From the NCBI GenBank assembly GCA_039189355.1, contig JBCCYR010000001.1, positions 1 to 27,372 on the forward strand: a DNA stretch of 27,372 bases, given 5' to 3'. Below the pieces are notes generated by a model that searched no databases, was not told the DNA's origin, and worked only from the letters and a program-made list of their open reading frames with translations. The DNA is from Pseudomonadota bacterium. Lineage in GTDB: Bacteria > Pseudomonadota > Alphaproteobacteria > Rhizobiales > Rhizobiaceae. This document shows, piece after piece, positions 1-8,110 of the stretch (positions are counted from its first letter, which is position 1; the number at the start of each line of letters is the position of its first letter). A program made the position numbers and the translations under genes.

Positions 1-1
1 C

Positions 2-178
2 TGGCTGCGCTCGGTCGCGGACCATCCTTCCAGGATTTACCCGGGTCAGCGCTGGTCATTTTGGCAATATACAGGAACCGGCAAGATTCCGGGCATCAGG
101 GGCGAAACGGACATCAACGTTTTCGCAGGCTCACCCTCAACCTGGCGCAAATGGGTTGAAGCAAGAACAACCCAATAG
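2..178 (+). CDS. 3' end (partial) of glycoside hydrolase family 25 muramidase/lysozyme
   Basis: Not in the ORF track. Manual translation of frame 2 gives WLRSVADHPSRIYPGQRWSFWQYTGTGKIPGIRGETDINVFAGSPSTWRKWVEARTTQ*, with TAG at 176-178. WLRS...WxFWQYTGTG...DINVF is the typical GH25 C-terminal barrel signature. Confidence 0.85.
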   Translation, partial: WLRSVADHPSRIYPGQRWSFWQYTGTGKIPGIRGETDINVFAGSPSTWRKWVEARTTQ

Positions 179-303
179 AAATTCAAGCCGTTAACCGGAG
201 CAGTTACCGTTGGGTAAATTTCCAATAAGAATCCCTAGGTCTCCATTTCAATGATCTTAACCAATTGCGGATAACCTCTTTGTTGTTAATGCAAGGGGAT
301 CAA

Positions 304-3069
304 ATGCAGTCGGGCGGGGAAAATTCTTCACCACAAACTAACTGTGAGCCACATAGGCTCGCAAGCAAAGAACAGTTAAGAAACCAGCTCTCTGGTCCGC
401 TTGCGGTCATCATCTTTCTTGCTGTTCTGATTTCTTCAGGGGTCGTCTCATGGACGGGGTTCCAACGCGAGCTCGACCAACAGATCAGGCTTTTCGAGGG
501 AACGGCCAAGGTTTTTGCGACTTCAATAGCAGAGCCCCTGTTTCAAGAAGACCGCAGACGCGTCCAGCTTGCCCTGACTGCGATTGGCAGGTTCGACAAT
601 CTCAAGTTTGCAATTGTGGGGCTTCCCAATGGTACATCCTATGCCGAGATGGGATTTGAAGGTATCCTGCAAAATGAGCATCAGAACACAGAAAACAGGT
701 ACGGCTTTGGAGTATTCACGGATAATCTCTGGTTAAAGGAGACAATCCGTTATTCAGGTCAGGAAATTGGTGAGTTGCGCATTCTCGCAGACGCAGCTGA
801 TATTCGCCGAAACTTCTTTTCAAACATGGGTCTCAACATTCTCGCAGCGGCTATTTCGGCCATGCTTGCGGCGCGGTTTTCATGGGTCATTATCTCCCGC
901 CTGACAAGGCCGATTGCTGATCTGTCGAATCTCATGACCAATCTGGGGGGCACCGGAGATTATGCCTTGCGTGCGCCTGAAGACGTAAAAGGTGAAGCAG
1001 GACTTCTGGCAAAATCCTTCAACAAGATGTTGCACGACATTGAAATCCGCGACCAGGATTTGAGGGATTACCAGCTCACCCTGGAAAACCGTGTTGAGGA
1101 ACGCACACGTGAACTTTCAGTTGCCAAGAATGAAGCTGAGCAGGCGAATGCTGCCAAATCCGAGTTTCTGGCAACCATGAGCCACGAAATCCGTACACCA
1201 ATGAACGGCATGCTATTGATGTCGGAACTGTTGGCTTCTGCCGATCTGACACCAAGGCATCAGCGCTATGCGGATGTCATCATGAAGTCCGGAAAAAGCC
1301 TTCTTGCGATTATCAATGACATTCTCGATCTTTCCAAAATCCAGGCAGGCAAACTTGATCTGGAAAGCATCAATGTTGATACGAAATCCTTGGTCGAAGA
1401 TGCGATGAGCCTCTTCTGGCAGAAAGCCAAAGACAAGAAACTTGACCTCACAGCCCATATCTCACGGGATGTCGCTGAGCACTTCACTGGTGATCCGACA
1501 CGCATCAACCAGGTTTTGAGCAACCTGATCAACAATGCCCTCAAGTTCACCGAAACCGGTTCTGTCACATTGCATGTGAACCTCGTCCACTCGCTGTCCT
1601 CTGACATGCTCATGAAGTTTGATGTTAAAGACACCGGGATTGGTATCAAGCCCGAAAACATCGACAAGGTTTTCGAAAGCTTCAGTCAGGCGGACCAGAC
1701 AACAACTCGTAAATATGGTGGTACCGGACTTGGTTTGCCGATCTGTAAAAAGCTCGTGGAGGCCATGGGTGGTGAAATCCATGTGGAAAGTGAACCCGGT
1801 GCAGGTTCGACATTCAGTTTTACATTGCCTGTTGCTGAATTGCCTATTACCGATGAACCGTTAGCAGCATCAGAAAAGACTGCATTGCTCCTGCTCCCCC
1901 CCAACCAGACGACCAGCGGCATCCAGAATACGCTTTCTGAATATGGCATAACGGCCAATGTCATGCGCGCTGATGAAACGTCGTGTGCAGAGATGGAAAT
2001 CCATGACTACGTCTTCGCCTCCGTCACAACGCTGCTGAGAATGCGGCAGCATCCTGATGCAGTACACGTTGTTGCCCTTTCAGAACCAGGCGAACCGGGA
2101 CTCGATAACCTTATCCGTTCCGGACATGTGCATGAGGTTCTTTCACCGCCGCTCTCATCCATATCGGTTCGCGCCAGCGTAGAGCGGTTGATTGGAAACA
2201 AACCCATGGGCCTTTCCCTCCTGGAGAGTGCCAAAATGATTGAGTTTACCCATCAGTCGTTCGCCGGAAACCGCGTATTGGTCGTCGATGACAGTGTTGT
2301 AAACCGCGAAGTTGTCCTGCAGGCGCTGAACCGCTTTGACATTGACCCTGTGCTCTCCGATGGCGGACATTCGGCAATAGAAATGTTCGAGAAAGACGCC
2401 TTTGATCTGGTCTTCATGGATTGCAGCATGCCGGAAATGGATGGCTTTGAGGCTACACAACGCTTGCGTACAATCGAACAGGATCAGGCAAGGAAACCAA
2501 TTCCAATCATAGCACTAACTGCCCACGTTGCTGAACAGGCCGGCGCAGCAGGCATGAACGATATTGTCGTGAAGCCGTTCACAATGCAGAGTATCGGAGC
2601 ATGCCTGGAAAAATGGCTGGAGCCGAAAAACGCGAATATCCGGACCGGACAGGAGGCCGCCGCTTCTGAGGAAACCGTAGCACCTGAAAATGACATATTG
2701 GACGAGAATTTGCTCGATAACCTTCGTGAAATTGCCGGCGATGGATTTGACACCATGATCGGTCAACTCTTTCAGCTTTACCGTGAAAACGCTCCTGCAG
2801 CATTTGTTAACCTGCAATCAGCCATTGAGGCAGGAAATTCTGATCAGGTTCAGTCTGCAGCGCATGCCCTCAAGTCCATGAGCATGAACATTGGTGCACG
2901 CCCGGTCGGAGAACTCTGCCAGCAACTCGAAGACACAGCGAAAGCACAAAATGCTGAAGAGTTCTCTCCCCTGTTTGTCGAACTGGCGAAGGAATTCGGT
3001 CAACTGGCTTTACATCTGGAAGCGATGAACGAACCGGTTCCTGCAGAACCCGTACCGTTGGCGGGATAA
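304..3069 (+). CDS. Membrane-bound unorthodox hybrid sensor histidine kinase (2 TM, periplasmic sensor, HAMP, HisKA, HATPase, degenerate REC, REC, Hpt)
   Basis: H-box [15 protein letters not shown] (His codon 1183-1185), N-box [11 protein letters not shown]1 DTGIGI, G2 GGTGLGL. REC has [17 protein letters not shown] (Asp 2419-2421) and VKPF. Hpt has [14 protein letters not shown] (His 2863-2865). I prefer ATG 304 (AAGGGGA at 293-299); alternatives are TTG 265 and ATG 289. Confidence 0.92.
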   Translation: MQSGGENSSPQTNCEPHRLASKEQLRNQLSGPLAVIIFLAVLISSGVVSWTGFQRELDQQIRLFEGTAKVFATSIAEPLFQEDRRRVQLALTAIGRFDNLKFAIVGLPNGTSYAEMGFEGILQNEHQNTENRYGFGVFTDNLWLKETIRYSGQEIGELRILADAADIRRNFFSNMGLNILAAAISAMLAARFSWVIISRLTRPIADLSNLMTNLGGTGDYALRAPEDVKGEAGLLAKSFNKMLHDIEIRDQDLRDYQLTLENRVEERTRELSVAKNEAEQANAAKSEFLATMSHEIRTPMNGMLLMSELLASADLTPRHQRYADVIMKSGKSLLAIINDILDLSKIQAGKLDLESINVDTKSLVEDAMSLFWQKAKDKKLDLTAHISRDVAEHFTGDPTRINQVLSNLINNALKFTETGSVTLHVNLVHSLSSDMLMKFDVKDTGIGIKPENIDKVFESFSQADQTTTRKYGGTGLGLPICKKLVEAMGGEIHVESEPGAGSTFSFTLPVAELPITDEPLAASEKTALLLLPPNQTTSGIQNTLSEYGITANVMRADETSCAEMEIHDYVFASVTTLLRMRQHPDAVHVVALSEPGEPGLDNLIRSGHVHEVLSPPLSSISVRASVERLIGNKPMGLSLLESAKMIEFTHQSFAGNRVLVVDDSVVNREVVLQALNRFDIDPVLSDGGHSAIEMFEKDAFDLVFMDCSMPEMDGFEATQRLRTIEQDQARKPIPIIALTAHVAEQAGAAGMNDIVVKPFTMQSIGACLEKWLEPKNANIRTGQEAAASEETVAPENDILDENLLDNLREIAGDGFDTMIGQLFQLYRENAPAAFVNLQSAIEAGNSDQVQSAAHALKSMSMNIGARPVGELCQQLEDTAKAQNAEEFSPLFVELAKEFGQLALHLEAMNEPVPAEPVPLAG

Positions 3070-3092
3070 TTCAGATTTGATGAGAAGCAATA

Positions 3093-3135
3093 TTGATAAA
3101 TTTCAATTAGTTACACACCAAATATTTACTAATCT
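3093..3135 (+). promoter_or_regulatory. Putative FNR/FixK/FnrN-type box with downstream -10-like hexamer
   Basis: TTGAT-AAAT-TTCAA at 3093-3106 is a 9/10 match to TTGAT-N4-ATCAA. TAATCT at 3130-3135 fits TANNNT. The geometry fits a class II promoter with start near 3141. Confidence 0.5.
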
Positions 3136-3189
3136 TCCGTAAATTGCAGATTGGACCGTTATAAGCAAACAGACGGAACTGCAGGGCGT

Positions 3190-4410
3190 ATGAATAACAG
3201 ATTTCAATCAGCACTGGTCATCGATGACGATCCCACACAGATCGCGATTCTGACAGCCTATTTAACTGCTCAGCAGGTTCAACGCATAGAATCATCGTCC
3301 AATGCTGCATTGGCGCTCTCCAAAATCAGAGACAATAACAACAACTTTGATCTGATTGTCAGCGATCTGCAAATGCCGGAAATGGACGGGCTGGAGTTGC
3401 TTCGCCATCTGAGCGCGCAGAACTACAAAGGCAGTCTGGTCCTTATGTCCGGCGTGGAGCAGAGCCTCTTGAACCATGCGGCAAAGCTTGCACGCATGCA
3501 CAAGCTCAATCTGATAGGTCAAATTCATAAACCTCTTAACAAGGCAAGTCTGGAAAGTGTGTTTCTGAAGACGCAAGGGTTGGAAACAGCTTCTCAAAAC
3601 GACAAATCGCTTGTTTTGACCCAGGGTGACTTCATAAACGGAATGGAGAAAAATGAAATTCTTCCGTTCTTCCAGCCCAAGGTCAACATCCAGAGTGGAA
3701 AAATTGTCGGTGCAGAGGCACTTGCGAGGTGGAACAAGCCCGGAATTGGAAATATAAGCCCAGACATTTTTATTGAGTTTGCAGCTAAAAACGGCTGGAT
3801 CGAGGATGTCACGGTTCACCTGTTGAAGCATACGCTGCAAGCAGTCGGGCCGTTCCTTCGTATTGATCCCCGTTTGCGGTTTGCAATCAACATAGCACCA
3901 TCCATGATGCACCAGATCGCACTGCCCGACCAACTCAAGGCCATTATAGAATCCTGTGGCATATCGCCGGAAAACATCAGTTTTGAAATTACTGAAAACA
4001 GCATTCTGAACCTGGAGCCTGCTACGCTGGAAGTATTGTCGCGATTACGGATTCACAATTTCGATGTAGCGATTGATGACTTCGGAACCGGATCATCCAA
4101 CATCCAGACCCTGCGTGATTTCCCGTATTCGGAACTCAAGATAGACAAATCCTTCATTTCCAATGTGACCGAGAACGCTTTCTCGCGGGAGACGGTACAC
4201 GCCGCAGTAGCCCTTGCAAAGGAGCAGCGCATGCGGATTGTGGCGGAAGGCGTGGAGACTGTTGAAACACTAGAATACGTTCGCAACCTTGGCATCGAGC
4301 ACGCACAAGGGTATCTCTTCGCCAAGGCATTGAGTGCAGAAGACTATCTCGCATTCATCAGGGAACATCCGAACGGCATGCAACTGTCTGAACTTTACCA
4401 GGCAGCCTGA
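3190..4410 (+). CDS. REC-EAL response regulator, probable c-di-GMP phosphodiesterase (RocR-like architecture)
   Basis: REC motifs ALVIDDD, IVSDLQMPEMDG (Asp 3364-3366), LMSG and IHKPL. EAL motifs FFQPKV, GAEALARW (3715-3723), AINIA, EITE, IDDFGTG, ELKIDKSF, AEGVET and QGYLF. Start is ATG 3190 or TTG 3151. Confidence 0.92.
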   Translation: MNNRFQSALVIDDDPTQIAILTAYLTAQQVQRIESSSNAALALSKIRDNNNNFDLIVSDLQMPEMDGLELLRHLSAQNYKGSLVLMSGVEQSLLNHAAKLARMHKLNLIGQIHKPLNKASLESVFLKTQGLETASQNDKSLVLTQGDFINGMEKNEILPFFQPKVNIQSGKIVGAEALARWNKPGIGNISPDIFIEFAAKNGWIEDVTVHLLKHTLQAVGPFLRIDPRLRFAINIAPSMMHQIALPDQLKAIIESCGISPENISFEITENSILNLEPATLEVLSRLRIHNFDVAIDDFGTGSSNIQTLRDFPYSELKIDKSFISNVTENAFSRETVHAAVALAKEQRMRIVAEGVETVETLEYVRNLGIEHAQGYLFAKALSAEDYLAFIREHPNGMQLSELYQAA

Positions 4411-4432
4411 AATTTCTGATTTTCGGGAAAAG

Positions 4433-4519
<87 letters not shown>

Positions 4520-4539
4520 ACGGAATGAAGCAAGCGCAA

Positions 4540-4568
4540 CGAATAGGTCTCCAGGCTTTTCTTGTCAA
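4540..4568 (-). promoter_or_regulatory. Putative sigma70 promoter of tRNA-Leu
   Basis: On the minus strand TTGACA (4568-4563)-N17-TATTCG (4545-4540), ending about 20 nt upstream of the mature tRNA 5' end. The -35 is perfect; the -10 lacks the -7T, which is common in alphaproteobacterial promoters. Confidence 0.7.
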
Positions 4569-4691
4569 CGCGATTTTGCAGACATTCCGACATTGGCGGG
4601 CAAAGATGGATCAAATCGCATCAATTCCCACTTCCAATTCACCCAATCGGCGTTTAAACCAGTACCGGATCAAACAAGCGGTTGAGCGCAC

Positions 4692-5669
4692 ATGAAACTT
4701 TCATCTACCCCTAAACTGGTCACTATCTTCGGTGGATCAGGATTTGTCGGCAGACATACCGTACGGGCATTGTCAAATCGCGGATACCAGGTCCGGGTTG
4801 CAGTTCGCAGACCGGATCTTGCAGGCCATCTCAAACCCCTTGGCAATGTCGGACAAATCCAGCTTGTTCAAGCCAATCTCAGATATCGGAAATCTGTTGA
4901 AGCCGCTGTACGGGGTTCTGATGTAGTGGTCAATCTTGTCGGAATCCTGCAGGAAAGCGGGCGCCAGAAGTTCGATGCTGTACAAACACTTGGAGCACGT
5001 GCGGTAGCAGAAGCAACCAGAGAGGTTGGTGCGAGGCTCGTACACATGAGTGCTATCGGAGCCAATCCGGATTCACTTTCAGGGTATGGAGAATCAAAGG
5101 GCGAAGGTGAGCAAGCGGTTCATTCCGTTATCAAGGACGCCATCATTGTCAGACCATCTATCGTCTTTGGCCCGGAAGACGATTTTTTCAACCGCTTTGG
5201 CGCGATGGCACGCATAGCTCCTGCATTGCCACTGATCGGGGGCGGTGAGACAAAGTTCCAGCCTGTTTATGTTGGCGACGTGGCAGAGGCAATCGCCAGG
5301 GCAGTTGACGGTGATTTGACAGCGGGCAAAATCTATGAACTTGGCGGACCTCAGGTAGCCAGTTTCCGGGAGTGTCTGGAACTGCTTCTTGAAGAGACAG
5401 GACGCAAGCGAATGCTGGTTAACCTGCCATGGTTTGCTGCCGGAATGATCGGCAAACTGGTTGGCTGGCTGCCTGGTGCACCCATAACCGCAGACCAGGT
5501 TGAAATGCTCAAGACCGATAATGTCGTCTCTGAAAAAGCAATGAAGGACAAACTTACGCTTGAAGGCATGGACATCGAACCAACACCGATGTCGGCAATC
5601 CTGCCCACCTACCTGGTGCAGTACCGCCCACATGGCCAGTTCACCAGAATGGATCAGACCGAGAGTTGA
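4692..5669 (+). CDS. Complex I NDUFA9 subunit family atypical SDR (NAD(P)-binding)
   Basis: VTIFGGSGFVGRH Rossmann motif, VAVRRPDLAGHLKPLGNVGQI, YGESKGEGE, RPSIVFGPEDDFFNRF, FQPVYVGDVA; 325 aa. Confidence 0.9.
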   Translation: MKLSSTPKLVTIFGGSGFVGRHTVRALSNRGYQVRVAVRRPDLAGHLKPLGNVGQIQLVQANLRYRKSVEAAVRGSDVVVNLVGILQESGRQKFDAVQTLGARAVAEATREVGARLVHMSAIGANPDSLSGYGESKGEGEQAVHSVIKDAIIVRPSIVFGPEDDFFNRFGAMARIAPALPLIGGGETKFQPVYVGDVAEAIARAVDGDLTAGKIYELGGPQVASFRECLELLLEETGRKRMLVNLPWFAAGMIGKLVGWLPGAPITADQVEMLKTDNVVSEKAMKDKLTLEGMDIEPTPMSAILPTYLVQYRPHGQFTRMDQTES

Positions 5670-6418
5670 CCGGGACTTTGCTTCCTGAAAGCGTTTCCTT
5701 GCTTGCAGCTTCGGTTCTGGTCACTGCCAGCTTCTTCACCGCTGCATTAACCGCTGCCGCCGGAATTGGCGGTGGTTTGCTGATGCTAGCACTGATGACT
5801 TATTTGATTCCCGTTTCTGTCTTGATACCGGTTCATGGTCTCGTTCAACTGGGTGCCAATTCGAGCCGCACCTTTGTGCAACGTGCAGATGTTGATTGGC
5901 GGATTACCAGAATTTTTCTGTGCGGCAGTTTGTTTGGCGCAATTGCCGGAGCAATGATAGCCGTGCAGTTACCTACGCAGCTCCTGCAGGCAATCCTCGG
6001 TTCCTTTATACTGATACTCGTCTGGCTTAATCTGCCGAAAGTCCTAAGTCCTAGCAAGTTGACGATTGGCCTTGGAGGCCTGGTAACAACATTTGTATCC
6101 ATGTTTGTCGGTGCAACAGGTCCGCTTGTAGCCGTATTCCTTAACAATCTGTTTGAAAATCACCGCCAAATGGTAGCTACCCATGGTTCTACCATGGTGG
6201 CTCAACATGGGGTCAAGATTGTTGCATTCGGTTTGGCAGGATTTGCTTTTGCAGATTGGCTGGCTTTGGTGGCAGGCATGGTTGCTGCAGGATTTTTGGG
6301 TAGCAAGGCCGGCACCATGCTGATGTATAGTCTGCCGGAGAAAAAACTGCAGTTGATTTTCAAAGTTGTTCTGACATTAGCGGCATTGGACCTGCTGCGA
6401 CGCAGCGTGATGGCTTGA
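5666..6418 (+). CDS. Sulfite exporter TauE/SafE (TSUP) family membrane protein
   Basis: About 250 aa and highly hydrophobic, with AAGIGGGLLM...PVHGLVQLGAN and a second repeat FVGATGPLV. The TTG start overlaps the upstream stop (TTGA at 5666-5669). Confidence 0.8.
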   Translation: MTGTLLPESVSLLAASVLVTASFFTAALTAAAGIGGGLLMLALMTYLIPVSVLIPVHGLVQLGANSSRTFVQRADVDWRITRIFLCGSLFGAIAGAMIAVQLPTQLLQAILGSFILILVWLNLPKVLSPSKLTIGLGGLVTTFVSMFVGATGPLVAVFLNNLFENHRQMVATHGSTMVAQHGVKIVAFGLAGFAFADWLALVAGMVAAGFLGSKAGTMLMYSLPEKKLQLIFKVVLTLAALDLLRRSVMA

Positions 6419-6445
6419 GTGAGTAGAAAGACCGGAGCAACCCAA

Positions 6446-7276
6446 TTAGGCTGCAAGTGTGAGGTTGAAGCCCGGTATCCATTCGTAGAGCAGGGCAAAG
6501 AGCAACAACCCCAGCGCCAAACGATAAATGACAAAAATAAGAAAACTGGTGCGTTTTACGACAGCCATCAGTAGTGCGATCGCTGCCAATGCAGAGAAAA
6601 AGGTCAAAAACGCTGCCCAGAGTGCATCTGACGGGATACCTTCTCCCGCTTCTAGAAATTCGAGCATGGTAACAAGCCCGGCAGCAGCTATCGCAGGAAT
6701 GCCGAGCAAGAACGAAAACCGCGCGGCTTCTGCCCGTTCAAAGCCCAAAAGACGTGCCGCAGACATGGTAATGCCGCTCCGGCTGGTACCGGGTATCAGC
6801 GCCAATGCCTGGGCCACACCGATCATCATGGCCGGTGCCAGTGTCATGTCTTCCATTGACTTGATGCGTTTTCCAACAACATCTGCCACATAGAGAACAA
6901 TGCCGAAAATGATTGCATTCCACGCGATGATCTCAACGCTACGAAGCATGGCACTTGCCCCTGACGCCTTCAGGAACAAGCCGAATGCAACAGCAGGAAT
7001 TGTGGCTGCCAGAATGTACAAGACCATTCTGCCGTCATCGGTCATCTTGCCGCGAAGCAGATTTAATCCGCCTTTTAACAGACTGAGACAATCGCGCCAG
7101 AAATAGGCAAGAACAGCGACAAGCGAACCCACATGCACCATGACGTCCGTCGCCAGTCCCTGATCGGGCCATCCTGTAAATACCGGAATGAGGATCAGGT
7201 GGCCGGAAGAAGAGATCGGCAGGAATTCCGTAATTCCCTGGACAATTGCCAACACGATTATCTGCTCGGGGCTCAT
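6446..7276 (-). CDS. uppP: Undecaprenyl-diphosphate phosphatase (BacA/UppP)
   Basis: VQGITEFLPISSSGHL, ALIPGTSRSGIT, AARFSFLLGIPAI. I prefer ATG 7276 (GGTGA upstream) over 7300. Confidence 0.95.
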   Translation of the reverse strand: MSPEQIIVLAIVQGITEFLPISSSGHLILIPVFTGWPDQGLATDVMVHVGSLVAVLAYFWRDCLSLLKGGLNLLRGKMTDDGRMVLYILAATIPAVAFGLFLKASGASAMLRSVEIIAWNAIIFGIVLYVADVVGKRIKSMEDMTLAPAMMIGVAQALALIPGTSRSGITMSAARLLGFERAEAARFSFLLGIPAIAAAGLVTMLEFLEAGEGIPSDALWAAFLTFFSALAAIALLMAVVKRTSFLIFVIYRLALGLLLFALLYEWIPGFNLTLAA

Positions 7277-7412
7277 GAAATCACCATAGTGTGCTGCCAT
7301 TCAGGCAGAAGGGGTTCTTGCGAAGTCAGATACAGCCAATTATTGTCTTTAAAACAACAGGCTGATTCCTCTTTTCATGTTCTCCATTCTTTTTCCAGCA
7401 TAATCCGAACAG

Positions 7413-8105
7413 ATGCACACTCTTTATCACCATGCCATGAATCCAGGCTCCCGTTATGTCCGGCTGCTGCTAGCAGAATACGGCCAATCAGTGTCGTTTC
7501 TGGAGGAAAAGGTTTGGCAGCGCAGACCGGAGTTCCTGCAACTAAATCCCTCGGGGGAAGTGCCGGTTTTGCAGGATGACAACGGAGCTTCTGTATGCGG
7601 GGCCATCATCATCGGCGAGTTTCTGGACGAAACAAGTGGTGCGTTGATGCGCGACAAGCGTCTGATGCCGGAAAACACTGCCGATCGTGCTGAAACCCGG
7701 AGGCTGGTCGAATGGTTTCTGGTCAAGTTTGACAACGAAGTTACCCGTTATTTGCTGCAGGAACGGGTCTTCAAGCAATTGATGCGATCTGAAGAAGGGG
7801 GAGGGCCTCCGGACTCATCCGTCATTCGTGCTGCGCGCAGTAATCTCAAAAACCACATGAAATATGCCGCCATGCTTGCGTCATCACGTGACTGGTTGGC
7901 GGGTGGAACGCTCTCACACTCCGACCTTGCTGCTGCCGCTGCCCTTTCGGTTCTGGACTATCTTGGTGAGGTAAAGTGGGAAGAAGAGCCTGCCGTGAAA
8001 GACTGGTATGCCCGCATCAAGTCAAGACCCTCTTTCCGGCCCTTGCTGGAAGACAAGGTTTTGGGCCTGCCGCCTGCATCGCATTACATTGATCTGGATT
8101 TTTAA
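7413..8105 (+). CDS. fzlA: Glutathione S-transferase-fold FtsZ-binding protein FzlA
   Basis: GST fold (LNPSGEVPVL, AETRRLVEWF, DWLAGG, WYARIKSRPSFRPLL) with the FzlA-type terminal motif PPASHYIDLDF. It lies between uppP and queG, as in other alphaproteobacteria. Confidence 0.8.
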   Translation: MHTLYHHAMNPGSRYVRLLLAEYGQSVSFLEEKVWQRRPEFLQLNPSGEVPVLQDDNGASVCGAIIIGEFLDETSGALMRDKRLMPENTADRAETRRLVEWFLVKFDNEVTRYLLQERVFKQLMRSEEGGGPPDSSVIRAARSNLKNHMKYAAMLASSRDWLAGGTLSHSDLAAAAALSVLDYLGEVKWEEEPAVKDWYARIKSRPSFRPLLEDKVLGLPPASHYIDLDF

Positions 8106-8110
8106 ACGTT

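Noticed and set aside
191-289. CtrA box upstream of the hybrid kinase
   Set aside because: Several TTAAC(C) half-sites exist, but none form TTAA-N7-TTAA on either strand.
179-4432. Integrative element or prophage inserted at tRNA-Leu
   Set aside because: No integrase or phage genes, and no duplicate of the tRNA 3' end (TGGTGCCCAGAAG) at the left border. Coding composition does not look foreign by eye. GH25 genes are commonly chromosomal in this group.
7277-7300. Longer uppP start (MAAHYGDF)
   Set aside because: The conserved protein begins at MSPEQ, which has an SD-like GGTGA upstream.
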